Part shown: in pieces, positions 51,660 through 60,090 of the stretch
How positions within the stretch are numbered: the first letter of the stretch is position 1
Layout of the letters: the number at the start of each line of letters is the position of its first letter
NCBI GenBank assembly: GCA_964477685.1
Contig: CAYZHK010000001.1
Span: 1-60,090 of the forward strand
From: an uncultured Nitrososphaerota archaeon
GTDB taxonomy: Archaea > Thermoproteota > Methanomethylicia > Methanomethylicales > Methanomethylicaceae
Length of the DNA: 60,090 nt
Direction of reading: 5' to 3'
Translations under genes and position numbers: made by a program
The notes under the pieces: generated by a model
Database searches by the model: none
What the model saw: only the letters and a program-made list of their open reading frames with translations
What the model was told of the DNA's origin: nothing

Positions 51660-52341
51660 CCTCTATCCCTTCCCCTCTCCAATGCGATGCCTCCCTCTTA
51701 ATGGCATCGATGCCCAGCGCCCCCCTTCTGAGCATACTGAGCCGCGCGCAGGCGCGGTTTTCCTTCCCCTTTCCCTCCAGAACCTCGAGAACTGTGGATG
51801 CCAATCCAAGCTCTGAGGGGCCCCCATCCACAACCAGATCCACCCCTCCCTCGATCCTCGGATCCAGCTCTTCGACTCTCCTTGCTGGCTGCATCCCGCT
51901 CACATTTGCGCTGGTGCCCACAAGTGCCCCTCCGCACGCCCTGATTATCCCCAACGCCAGCTCATGCCTGGGCATCCGGACGCCGATTTTCCCTGTCCCA
52001 TGACCCAGCCCTGAGGCCCCCGGCTTCGCCTCCAGGACAATCGTCAGCGCGCCCGGCCAGAATGCCTTCATCAGGAGCCTAGCAACATCCCCCACCGCGA
52101 CCAGCCTATCTGCCTTGGTGATGCCTGAAACAAGGACAGGAAATGCCTTCCTCTCCCTGCCCTTTAGGGCGCTGACCCTGTCCACCGCAGGCTGATTGAA
52201 GGGATCGCAGCCGATTCCGTAGACGGTCTCCGTTGGGTAGATTATGAGCCCGCCCTCCTTCACCACCCGTGCCACCCTGCCGATGCCCTCACCATCATCT
52301 GGCTTCAGTTTCACCCTCATATCAACGACCGCCACCACCAA
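51646..52341 (-). CDS. L-threonylcarbamoyladenylate synthase (YrdC/Sua5 family)
   Basis: GGLIIYPTETVYGIGCDPFN, KGRERKAFPVL, VGTSANVSG. Confidence 0.85.
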   Translation of the reverse strand: MVVAVVDMRVKLKPDDGEGIGRVARVVKEGGLIIYPTETVYGIGCDPFNQPAVDRVSALKGRERKAFPVLVSGITKADRLVAVGDVARLLMKAFWPGALTIVLEAKPGASGLGHGTGKIGVRMPRHELALGIIRACGGALVGTSANVSGMQPARRVEELDPRIEGGVDLVVDGGPSELGLASTVLEVLEGKGKENRACARLSMLRRGALGIDAIKREASHWRGEGIEVEIV

Positions 52342-52411
52342 TTATTATGATAGTTAAACTTAAATATCCAAACGCCAACGTAATCCGATTGCTCTTCTAG
52401 GAGAATCTTAT

Positions 52412-52543
52412 ATGCTCTATCTTTCGAAGGAAGACGAGTCGGAAGAAGATTGGACCGAGGACGAAGACGAAGAATGGCCTGACGACGAGGAAGAGGAGTG
52501 GCCAGAGGAAGAGGAAGAGTTTGAAGAAGAAGAAGAATGGTAA
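52412..52543 (+). CDS. 43-aa hyper-acidic Trp-punctuated micro-ORF (not in the ORF track)
   Basis: MLYLSKEDESEEDWTEDEDEEWPDDEEEEWPEEEEEFEEEEEW*. A GGAGA lies 8-12 nt upstream of the ATG. Confidence 0.4.
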   Translation: MLYLSKEDESEEDWTEDEDEEWPDDEEEEWPEEEEEFEEEEEW

Positions 52544-52566
52544 AGGGGATTCCCTCTAATCTTTAG

Positions 52567-52887
52567 GTGGTATTATTGGAATTCTGTCCTAAGTGTGGCA
52601 AGCTTCTCATACCCAGCAAGAAGGAACAGAAAATATACCTGATCTGCAGAAACTGTGGCTTTGAGAAGCCGGCCAGCGAATCGAAGGGCTATAAGATCGT
52701 CCAGCCCGTTGACGAGAGCAAGAGACGGAAGACCCTTGTTGTCGAGGAGCCCCAGATCAAGGGACGGAAGAGGAAGGAAGAAGAGCGCGAACTCATGGCT
52801 GACTACTACGAGGTCTTTTTGGAAAACTTCCAGGAAGAGGGCGGCGAGGGCGAAGAAACCACCACAGAAGAGACGGAGATGGAGTAG
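52567..52887 (+). CDS. TFS/RpoM N-terminal-type zinc-ribbon protein with a basic linker and acidic tail
   Basis: FCPKCGKLLIP...LICRNCGFE ribbon, then a K/R-rich stretch and an E-rich C-terminus. No second (C-terminal) TFS ribbon. Confidence 0.55.
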   Translation: MVLLEFCPKCGKLLIPSKKEQKIYLICRNCGFEKPASESKGYKIVQPVDESKRRKTLVVEEPQIKGRKRKEEERELMADYYEVFLENFQEEGGEGEETTTEETEME

Positions 52888-52899
52888 CCTCCTCCGCCG

Positions 52900-54711
52900 G
52901 TGGTCCCCTTGGCGCGCGTGGTCGTTCTGGACCCGGACTTCTGCAAGCCCGGTGAGTGCAACAAGGAATGCATCAGGTTCTGCCCCATAGTGAGGACCGG
53001 GGCTGAGGCCATCAAGTACGACCCTTCCATGGATCACCCCATTGTGGCAGAGACCCTCTGTACGGGCTGTGCCATATGCGTCAAGAAGTGCCCCTATGGC
53101 GCTCTGAGGGTTGTGAACCTCCCCGACGAGCTGGAGGAGATCTGCACCCACCGCTATGGTCCCAATACCTTCAAGCTCTACCGCCTGCCTGTCCCCCGCG
53201 AGGGGATGGTGGTCGGCCTTCTCGGACCCAATGGGGCAGGCAAGTCAACTTCCCTTCGGGCACTGAGCGGAGAGATGATGCCAAACCTGGGCTTTTACGA
53301 CTCGCCGCCCGACTGGAAGACCATCCTGCGCTTCTTCCGCGGATCAGAACTGCACGAATACTTCAGGAAGCTCTCGGAGGAAAAGCTCCGGGTTGTAGCG
53401 AAGCCCCAGTATATCGACGAGGCGCCAAAAAGGATTACGGGCACAGTTTCGGAGATCCTCTCCAAGATCGACGAGAGGAAAGCCTTGGCCGATGTCAAGG
53501 CAACCCTCTCCTTGGACTCCATCTGGAAAAAGGACGTCCATGAGCTGAGCGGCGGCGAGCTCCAGAGGATGGCCATCGCCGCCGTGGCTCTCCGGGATGC
53601 CGATGTCTACATCTTCGATGAGCCGTCCAGCTACTTGGACATCTACCAGAGGATGAGGATGGCATCCCTCGTCCAAGGCCTGGCGAAGGCTTCCAAGTAC
53701 GTGCTGGTCGCCGAGCACGACCTGGCCGTCCTGGACTATATCTCAGACCAGGTTTGCCTCTTCTATGGTAAGCCGGGGGTCTATGGCATCGTCTCGATGC
53801 CCCACGGTGTCCGGGTTGGAATAAACATTTATATTAATGGATACATCCCCGACGAGAATATCCGTTTCCGCGACCGAGCCATCAAATTCCACCTGTCGCC
53901 TCAGCCCAGGCAGTGGCGGTCCGAGGACACGCTCCACAGCTGGCCGGAGTTCAGGAAAACGCTCGGAACCTTCACGCTGAGGGCTAGGGCAGGAGAGATC
54001 CATCGGGGCGAAGTGGTTGGCATTGTGGGCGCCAACGGCACCGGCAAGACAACCTTTGTAAAGGTCATTGCAGGCATCACAGAGCCTACTGAAGGCAGGC
54101 TCACCGAGACGGGCATGAAGGTCAGCTACAAGCCCCAGTACGTCGTTCCCAACACCGATAGGAGCCTGAAGGAGATCCTCAACTCCATCAACCCCTCCCT
54201 CATCTCCGACCAGTTTCTCAATGACGAGGTATATTCTCCACTAGATGTGGCGCCTTTGATGGAAAGGGCTGCCTGCTCCCTCAGCGGCGGCGAGCTCCAG
54301 AGGATCGCTGTGGCCATATGCCTATCCCGGGAGGCCAAGGTCTATCTCCTCGACGAACCAACAGCCCACCTGGACGTGGAGCACCGTCTGGCAGTCTCGA
54401 AGTGCATAAGGAAAGTTGTGGAGAAGACGGGGACTGCCGCCTTCGTCGTGGAGCACGACATAGTTGCCAACGACCTTCTTGCCGACAGCGTCATGGTTTT
54501 TTCGGGTGTCCCTGGCGCATCTGGCATCGCGCACCCCCCCACCGACCTGAGGAAGGGGATGAACCTCTTCCTGAAGGGCCTTGGGATCACCTTCCGGAGG
54601 GACCCCGATACAGGTAGGCCTCGGGTCAACAAGAAGGACTCTTGGTTGGACCGGTACCAGAAAGAGATAAACGAGTTTTACTACACCGAAGCCGCCCCGG
54701 CAGAGGAATAG
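52900..54711 (+). CDS. abcE1: ABCE1/RLI ribosome-recycling ATPase
   Basis: N-terminal 4Fe-4S motifs CKPGECNKECIRFCP and CTGCAICVKKCP. Two ABC modules (GPNGAGKST, GANGTGKTT; LSGGELQR twice). Confidence 0.95.
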   Translation: MVPLARVVVLDPDFCKPGECNKECIRFCPIVRTGAEAIKYDPSMDHPIVAETLCTGCAICVKKCPYGALRVVNLPDELEEICTHRYGPNTFKLYRLPVPREGMVVGLLGPNGAGKSTSLRALSGEMMPNLGFYDSPPDWKTILRFFRGSELHEYFRKLSEEKLRVVAKPQYIDEAPKRITGTVSEILSKIDERKALADVKATLSLDSIWKKDVHELSGGELQRMAIAAVALRDADVYIFDEPSSYLDIYQRMRMASLVQGLAKASKYVLVAEHDLAVLDYISDQVCLFYGKPGVYGIVSMPHGVRVGINIYINGYIPDENIRFRDRAIKFHLSPQPRQWRSEDTLHSWPEFRKTLGTFTLRARAGEIHRGEVVGIVGANGTGKTTFVKVIAGITEPTEGRLTETGMKVSYKPQYVVPNTDRSLKEILNSINPSLISDQFLNDEVYSPLDVAPLMERAACSLSGGELQRIAVAICLSREAKVYLLDEPTAHLDVEHRLAVSKCIRKVVEKTGTAAFVVEHDIVANDLLADSVMVFSGVPGASGIAHPPTDLRKGMNLFLKGLGITFRRDPDTGRPRVNKKDSWLDRYQKEINEFYYTEAAPAEE

Positions 54712-54768
54712 GAATGTTGAGAACAAAATTTTTAAGCCATATGGTTTTTATCTGAGAAGGGGTCAGCC

Positions 54769-55629
54769 ATGCTACGACTTGGCGCTATGATGATCTTGCT
54801 TACAGGGATATTTGTAATCCTTGGCTACGTTGTAGGTCTCCTTTTTGGTTCCCCTGAGCTCTTTACGCTGGGAGCGCTGGTGCTGGCCATTATTTTCAAT
54901 GTCATCTCCTTCTTTGCCAGCGACAAGATTGTCATATCGACTACAAAGGCAAAAATTGTCAGCGAGGCTGAGCAGCCGACTCTCCACCGGATCGTCTCTT
55001 CACTTTCCTTGGCTGCCGGTCTACCCAAGCCAAAGGTGGCTATTGTTGAATCGCCTGTCCCCAATGCCTTCGCCACGGGGAGGGGACCGAGCAACTCGGT
55101 GGTTGCCGTGACCAGCGGGTTGATGAGGGCCGTAACTGAGGACGAGCTGGAGGGGGTCCTCAGCCACGAGATCTCCCACATCAAGCATAGGGATGTGCTT
55201 GTGGCCACCGTCGCCGCAACCATTGCAGGCGCGATATCATACCTCGCCCTTGTCGGGAGGTTCGGGGCCTACACGAGCGATTCGAGAAACAGCAACGCCG
55301 CTGGCCTTGCCCTCATACTCAGTTTCCTCGCCCCTCTGGCGGCTTTCTTGGTACAGACAGCGGTGTCGAGGGGGAGGGAGTACGAGGCAGACAGCGAAGG
55401 AGCCGCCCTGAGCAAGAAACCACTCTCGCTTGCCAGCGCACTGGAGAAGATCGAAAGGGTTGCAAGGAGTGGAGCCCAGATAAGGGCCAACCCGTTCACA
55501 AGCCCCCTCTGGATCATAAACCCCTTCCGGGCCGATGAAGTGGTCGCCCTCTTCTCGACCCACCCCCCAACAGTGAAGAGGATCGAGCGGCTGAAGGAGA
55601 TTGCTGGAAAGATGGGGAGCCTGAAGTAG
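54769..55629 (+). CDS. htpX: Zinc metalloprotease HtpX
   Basis: Two N-terminal TM helices, HEISHIKHRD (HExxH), a later EYEAD, 286 aa. Confidence 0.85.
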   Translation: MLRLGAMMILLTGIFVILGYVVGLLFGSPELFTLGALVLAIIFNVISFFASDKIVISTTKAKIVSEAEQPTLHRIVSSLSLAAGLPKPKVAIVESPVPNAFATGRGPSNSVVAVTSGLMRAVTEDELEGVLSHEISHIKHRDVLVATVAATIAGAISYLALVGRFGAYTSDSRNSNAAGLALILSFLAPLAAFLVQTAVSRGREYEADSEGAALSKKPLSLASALEKIERVARSGAQIRANPFTSPLWIINPFRADEVVALFSTHPPTVKRIERLKEIAGKMGSLK

Positions 55630-55644
55630 GGAGCGGATGACCAG

Positions 55645-55878
55645 ATGTCCCAAGAGGAGCGCACCAAGAAAGTCCACATATATCCTCACAGGCACTGCCT
55701 CTATTGCGGCCGCATGATAGAGGTGAAGGGGAGGGACTACTGCCTGAAATGCAAACCCGAATACCAGAAGGAGCAGTCCAAGGTAGGCAGATCCAAAACC
55801 TTTAGGAAAATGATGCTTGTCTATGTTGCCATACTGGCTATCGTGATAGTCGCCATTTTCCTCTACAGCATGCTCTGA
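55645..55878 (+). CDS. Small zinc-ribbon membrane protein (DUF2116-like)
   Basis: HCLYCGRMI...YCLKCK ribbon followed by one TM helix (MMLVYVAILAIVIVAIFLY). Confidence 0.55.
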   Translation: MSQEERTKKVHIYPHRHCLYCGRMIEVKGRDYCLKCKPEYQKEQSKVGRSKTFRKMMLVYVAILAIVIVAIFLYSML

Positions 55879-55922
55879 TGAAGGCAAGGTTAATATTCGG
55901 TGGCCCTTCGATATCCAATTGC

Positions 55923-56016
55923 GGGTCCGTGGCCTAGTCTGGATCAGGGCGTCGGCCTCCGGTGAATCCTCGGAGAAAGCCGATGGTCGAGGGTTCGAAT
56001 CCCTCCGGACCCGCCA
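55923..56016 (+). tRNA. tRNA-Arg (CCG) with a 15-nt intron at 37/38, CCA encoded
   Basis: Acceptor GGGTCCG/CGGACCC and discriminator G. Anticodon stem TCGGC/GCCGA encloses CTCCGG|TGAATCCTCGGAGAA|A. Intron CGGAG pairs with exon CTCCG (BHB-like). T-arm GAGGG-TTCGAAT-CCCTC. Confidence 0.8.
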
Positions 56017-56029
56017 CGCGCCACCGGCG

Positions 56030-56599
56030 TCAAAGGCTGATAACCAGATCCACAGATTTTTCCACTTTCTCAAGGAGCGCCTTCTCTCTTTGCGCTATCC
56101 CGCTGCCTCTGTCCCTCGAAAGGAATTCCCCCCTGTAGGCGGTTCCGATGAATGTTTCTGCCCTTCTGATTGCATCAACCAGCAGGTCCACATCGCCTGC
56201 ATGTAAAAACATGGTGAGGTCGTTGATGAAGAGGATGCTTCTTCCTCCCACCGAGATGGACCGAACCACCTTCCCAAGCTCCAGGGCGTTTGCCTTCGCC
56301 ATCTCCTGGATTTCCGCCCTATTTTTCCCCTCCAGCCTGGGGGCGAAGACATGGGTTGCGGAATGATGAGCTAGCCGGGATGATGCCTTTCCAGGCATTT
56401 TCAGCTGACCGCCCACGAAGCGCCTGCCTACTCGTCTTCTCCGCGGCGCCATGTCAACCACAATGATCTCGCCGGTGCCAGCCATTTCAAGGGCCTGGGC
56501 GATAAGGCGGTGTATATACGCCGTCTTCCCTGAGCCGACATCTCCCTCAACCAGCACTTTCTTACCGATCAGAGTCTCTATTTTTGGCAGCATAGGCAC
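56030..56599 (-). CDS. P-loop NTPase of unknown function
   Basis: Walker A VEGDVGSGKTAY and Walker B-like ILFINDL. No further family recognised. Confidence 0.5.
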   Translation of the reverse strand: MPMLPKIETLIGKKVLVEGDVGSGKTAYIHRLIAQALEMAGTGEIIVVDMAPRRRRVGRRFVGGQLKMPGKASSRLAHHSATHVFAPRLEGKNRAEIQEMAKANALELGKVVRSISVGGRSILFINDLTMFLHAGDVDLLVDAIRRAETFIGTAYRGEFLSRDRGSGIAQREKALLEKVEKSVDLVISL

Positions 56600-56713
56600 T
56601 TGGGATAATTAAGGACACGGTGCCTATTAATGCGGCGCCAGCCCCGCATCCCCCTCATTGGCGGCCAATGCACCGAGGCACCGCGCCGGTCGGCCCCATC
56701 TCTGTAGGAGGCA

Positions 56714-57274
56714 TCAGGATTTCTTCCCTACAATCAGATAGTGCCCCTTCCCACAGTCAGTTGTCTTTATTGCCCTGAAGCCCACTACGGACATGAGCCT
56801 CTCCACTTCCTTCTCAGGGAGCCTCTTCCACAAGGGCGGTCCGTGGGTGGTGTTTGTCTTCTTCCAGTCCAAGTCCACCGTCTCCCCGCCCTGCTTGAGC
56901 ATCCTCATCGAGTTGGCCAAGACCCTCTCCTTGTCCTCGAAGTCGTGGAACGCATTGGCAAAGAAGACGATGTCCGCCCTGGAATCGAAGAGGATGGCCT
57001 CCTCCGCGCTGGCTGCCTTGAGCACAACATTCTTGAGCCCCAACGCCGAGGCCCTCTTTTCGACCTCTTCTAGGAACGCCGGATTGACATCGACGGCGTA
57101 AACCTTCCCCCCTTCCCCGACCATCTCTGCCGCAGGGATTGAGAAGAAGCCCGCTCCGCAGCCAATGTCCACAAAGACCATCCCCTTGGCCACTCCTATC
57201 CCCCTCAATAGCTTGTGGGGGTCCTGCGACCTCCTCCGAACATTTTCGTCTTGACGGAAGTGGCCGTGGCTCAT
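56714..57274 (-). CDS. Class I SAM-dependent methyltransferase
   Basis: VFVDIGCGAGFFS motif I and VYAVDV motif II. Confidence 0.75.
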   Translation of the reverse strand: MSHGHFRQDENVRRRSQDPHKLLRGIGVAKGMVFVDIGCGAGFFSIPAAEMVGEGGKVYAVDVNPAFLEEVEKRASALGLKNVVLKAASAEEAILFDSRADIVFFANAFHDFEDKERVLANSMRMLKQGGETVDLDWKKTNTTHGPPLWKRLPEKEVERLMSVVGFRAIKTTDCGKGHYLIVGKKS

Positions 57275-57285
57275 GGTTCAGCCTC

Positions 57286-59232
57286 CTACATGCGCGAAGG
57301 CGCCTCTATGCCAAGCAATGCCAGGGCATTGGAAAGCACAACCTTGAAGGCCTCTACGAGCCTGAGCCTTGCCTCCCTAACTCCCCCCTCCTTTGACTTG
57401 AGCACAGGGACATTGTCATAGAATAGGTTGAACTTGGCAGCCAGGCCGTTGGCATATTCTGCCAGCATCTCTGGACGGAGAGTTCTTGAGGCCTCTGCCA
57501 CAGTCTCAGGGAAGGCGCCCAGCATGGTGATCAGGTCCTGCTCCTGGGTCGTAGCCAGAGAGCTGTAATCAGACTCCTGGCCGGGTCCACTCACCCTGCC
57601 AGCCTTGACCAGTATGTTGCTGGCCCTTGCATGGGCGTACTGGATGAAGGGGGCGCTGTTCTGCTCAAAGTTCAGCACCCTCTCCCATGTGAACGTGATC
57701 GGCTTATTGGACGCCACAGAGATTAGGGCATACCTGACTGCCCCCACCCCCACGAATTCGGAAATCCTCCTCCTCTCCTCCTCAGCCAGGTGGGGCGACT
57801 TCTTCGATACCTCGCTGTAGGCCCTCTCCGCCGCCTCATCGAGAACATCATCAAAGGCGATAAATCTCCCCCTCCGCCCTGACATCCTGTAGCCTGGGAG
57901 GTGTACCAGCTCATAGCTGAAGTGCACCAGCCTCTCTGCGAGTTCACCCTTGCCGAGGGCGTAGAGGGCTATCTTGAGCTGCAGCTGCGGCAGTTTCTGC
58001 TCTATGGATATTACGTTGATGACATCGTCCGCCCTTTGGAACTTCCAGAGCGTGTAGGCGATGTCCCTGGTGGTGTAGAGCGTGGTGCCGTCGGACCTCT
58101 TCAGAGTTAGCGGTGGTGTCTCATTTCTTATGGCATACTTCTCCTTCAGCCCGTACCTCTTGGCAGTCAGCTCGGCATCGAGTGTATAGGTGCCATCCTC
58201 CACCCTCACAAAATCGGTCTCTGCCAGCTCCGACACCACCTTCTCTGCGGCACCGCTCCAGGAGGCAATTTCGCTTTCCCAGTCCCAGCTGTCGAACCCT
58301 ATGCCCACTCTCCCCAGAGTCTCCCTGAATCCACCCAATGCCATATCCGAGAGCCCCCTTATCAGCCTGACAGCCTCCCGGTCCTTCCCCTCGTACCTCT
58401 TGAGGAGGTTGTTCACATCGGCGCTGGGATCCTGCGAGCTCAGCACAGCTGCGGTGATCTCATCAAAGAGTCTGCTGTCCTTCTCCCTGAGATCCTCGGC
58501 GGCCGCGACCCAGTCGTCGAGCTCCGTGATCCTCTCCCTAGCCTCTCCGTCTTTCCCCTCCCGCCTGAGGGCATCGATCTCCCCCTTGAGCCGCTTGATG
58601 TTCATCGCGCAACTCGTCCCGGCGTATATTCTGCCGATGAAGTGGTCGCCCTTCAGCCCCGCCCTCCTCTCGGATACCTTGCCGAAGCCGTAACTGGCCT
58701 GGGCGACCTGGAGGCCGACGTCATCGATGTAGAAGTGCCTCCTGACCTCGTCGCCCGAGGCGCTAAGGAGCCTGGCAAGGCAGTCGCCTATTACAGCGTT
58801 CCTTGCGCCACCTATGTGTATGGGGTGTATTGGGTTGACGCTGGTGTGCTCCACTATCACCTTCCTTCCCTTGGAGCCAGATCTGCCATAGGCGGCGCCG
58901 TGGGTGGACACGGCTCCAATCACAATCTTGGAGAAGGCTGCGAAATCGATGAAGTAGTTCACATATCCCCCGCCGGCGCACTCTACCTTGGACACAAGCT
59001 TGCGCTTGGCCGCCTCGCCCCTGGCGGCGATGCCCTTGGCCAGCTCCCTGGGGTCCCTGCCTGTTTTTTTGGCAACCGCAAATGTCGAGAATGATAGGTT
59101 GCCGTTTCCCCTTTCCTGGGGCACGGTGAGCCTCAGCTCGCCCTCCTGAACCTCAACCCCCTCCCCCAGGAGGGAATCCCTGGTCAATCTTGCGCACTCG
59201 GTCCTGAAGGCAGCAAAGGGATTGTTCACCAT
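57286..59232 (-). CDS. argS: Arginine--tRNA ligase
   Basis: SVNPIHPIHIGGARNAVIGD (HIGH-type), anticodon-binding C-terminus ending in ...PSRM. 648 aa. Confidence 0.9.
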   Translation of the reverse strand: MVNNPFAAFRTECARLTRDSLLGEGVEVQEGELRLTVPQERGNGNLSFSTFAVAKKTGRDPRELAKGIAARGEAAKRKLVSKVECAGGGYVNYFIDFAAFSKIVIGAVSTHGAAYGRSGSKGRKVIVEHTSVNPIHPIHIGGARNAVIGDCLARLLSASGDEVRRHFYIDDVGLQVAQASYGFGKVSERRAGLKGDHFIGRIYAGTSCAMNIKRLKGEIDALRREGKDGEARERITELDDWVAAAEDLREKDSRLFDEITAAVLSSQDPSADVNNLLKRYEGKDREAVRLIRGLSDMALGGFRETLGRVGIGFDSWDWESEIASWSGAAEKVVSELAETDFVRVEDGTYTLDAELTAKRYGLKEKYAIRNETPPLTLKRSDGTTLYTTRDIAYTLWKFQRADDVINVISIEQKLPQLQLKIALYALGKGELAERLVHFSYELVHLPGYRMSGRRGRFIAFDDVLDEAAERAYSEVSKKSPHLAEEERRRISEFVGVGAVRYALISVASNKPITFTWERVLNFEQNSAPFIQYAHARASNILVKAGRVSGPGQESDYSSLATTQEQDLITMLGAFPETVAEASRTLRPEMLAEYANGLAAKFNLFYDNVPVLKSKEGGVREARLRLVEAFKVVLSNALALLGIEAPSRM

Positions 59233-59356
59233 GCCGACCCACCGAATTCTCTAAATCAGAACTTCTCTTAACCTTATCGCCCTGCCTGCCCCTCCGCTCG
59301 GTCGCCCCGCTTCCCGCCCCACAATAAACCCTATATCCTCAGAGTCGGAACTGAGA

Positions 59357-60034
59357 TTGGTGAGATCATTGCTCGGAAGCAAGATTCTGAAAGTCTCGCC
59401 CTCCAGATCACCCACCAAGGAAGGTGCCCAGGGCGCACCAAAGGAAGTAGGAGGCATCGGTCTCAGCCTCCCCATTGTCCTGGTGATAGTCCTAATCGCC
59501 GTTGCCGGAATAATCGGGGTGCTGTATTTTACCCAGACATCCGCCCTCCAGGCCCAAAACCAGGTCCTCACCAATGAGAGGAATGCCCTCGCCACAAACT
59601 ACTCTCAACTCTCTGACCAGTATAGCGTCCTGATGGGCCAAAATCAGAACCTCCAGCAGATCTATGACAGCTTCTCCTCAGACCACTCCCTGCTTCAGGG
59701 GCAGTATCAGACCCTACTCGATATCCTGTCACTGGAGAACAGCACAACGCTGGCAGAGAACGTGATGGAAGTCATCCCCCAGGGCGGCTCAATGTCTCTG
59801 GAATATTCCTTCGAGTATGTGGGGTACATCGAAATCCAGTTTTCCTCGCCCAGCCCTCTTCACTTTACAATGACTTACAGCGACTACGGTACCGAGTGCA
59901 GAGTCCCAGCAGATGGCACGCCCACTGGAGGTCAAATCCGACTCCCGGCGCTTCTCGGCTCGAATGTCCTTAAGATCTTTAATGATGACGCCGCCCCGGC
60001 GCTTGTCACCTACACCATAAGCTATGTCAGCTGA
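59357..60034 (+). CDS. Membrane-anchored protein with a Q/L-rich coiled coil and a beta-rich C-terminal domain
   Basis: TM helix LSLPIVLVIVLIAVAGIIGVLYF, then QAQNQVLTNERNALATNYSQLSDQYSVLMGQNQNLQQIY. The start is uncertain (TTG 59357 or GTG 59360; no early ATG). Confidence 0.5.
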   Translation: MVRSLLGSKILKVSPSRSPTKEGAQGAPKEVGGIGLSLPIVLVIVLIAVAGIIGVLYFTQTSALQAQNQVLTNERNALATNYSQLSDQYSVLMGQNQNLQQIYDSFSSDHSLLQGQYQTLLDILSLENSTTLAENVMEVIPQGGSMSLEYSFEYVGYIEIQFSSPSPLHFTMTYSDYGTECRVPADGTPTGGQIRLPALLGSNVLKIFNDDAAPALVTYTISYVS

Positions 60035-60073
60035 GCCCTCAAGCACGTTTTTTAGCGAAGAGTGTTAATTGGG

Positions 60074-60090
60074 TGGTGGGTCCGCTGGGA
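60074..60090 (-). tRNA. 3' end of a minus-strand tRNA running off the window (identity undeterminable)
   Basis: The reverse complement of TGGTGGGTCCGCTGGGA is TCCCAGCGGACCCACCA, which reads as T-stem, acceptor 3' strand, discriminator A and CCA. Confidence 0.4.

Noticed and set aside
55237-56073. A 278-aa minus-strand ORF spanning htpX, the DUF2116-like gene and tRNA-Arg.
   Set aside because: It crosses a tRNA gene and two well-supported plus-strand genes, so it cannot be a real CDS.
1-60090. CRISPR arrays, rRNA genes, IS elements or transposases, and toxin-antitoxin pairs.
   Set aside because: Scanning both strands found no regularly spaced direct repeats, no rRNA-like conserved stretches, and no DDE/serine/tyrosine recombinase motifs.

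Overview
This is an archaeal chromosomal segment, judged from gene content: thermosome, histone, ribosomal protein S17e, ABCE1/RLI, archaeosine tRNA-guanine transglycosylase, KEOPS Cgi121, Lsm proteins, a TFIIB-like factor and intron-containing tRNAs. The content looks Thermoplasmatota-like or methanogen-like. It appears GC-rich by eye, but I did not compute GC. Coding density is high, and many neighbouring genes overlap by 1-14 nt (ATGA, TAATG or TTGA junctions).

Main blocks:
- **1.8-14.7 kb:** a large glycogen/alpha-glucan cluster. It holds three GT4-type glycosyltransferases (one truncated), two GH57 enzymes, MalQ, a GH13 GlgB, a ROK kinase and a GalT-like enzyme.
- **15-37 kb:** housekeeping and redox genes. 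They include hom, an ABC exporter, CDGSH, Trx-like, GuaA-B, PrsW, MsrA, a membrane-anchored tandem AAA+ ATPase, GlyA, a beta-CASP RNase, PAC2, TgtA and Lsm.
- **38.0-45.4 kb (most interesting locus):** a Tad/Epd-like type IV filament gene set. It comprises a secretion ATPase, two single-domain platform proteins, an Flp-like pilin and a divergent operon of four small N-terminally hydrophobic proteins. It is translationally coupled to a membrane-anchored DUF87/HerA/VirB4-family ATPase and abuts a divergent TFIIB paralogue.
- **45.4-60 kb:** Fap7-like kinase, thermosome, histone, S17e with a long tail, ParB-like plus SAMP, PRTase, Cgi121/THUMP/Sua5, ABCE1, HtpX and ArgRS.

Five complete tRNAs are present, all with encoded CCA: Phe, Gly (intron), Ala, Val and Arg (intron). 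One partial tRNA lies at the right edge.

Other oddities:
- An in-frame TGA splits a polyprenol-kinase-like gene.
- An AT-rich island lies next to tRNA-Ala.
- Two ORFs have conserved domains that begin upstream of any ATG/GTG/TTG.
- Several unlisted micro-ORFs are present.

I recognised no CRISPR array, rRNA, transposase or integrase. All family assignments come from motif reading by eye and need HMM or structure confirmation.
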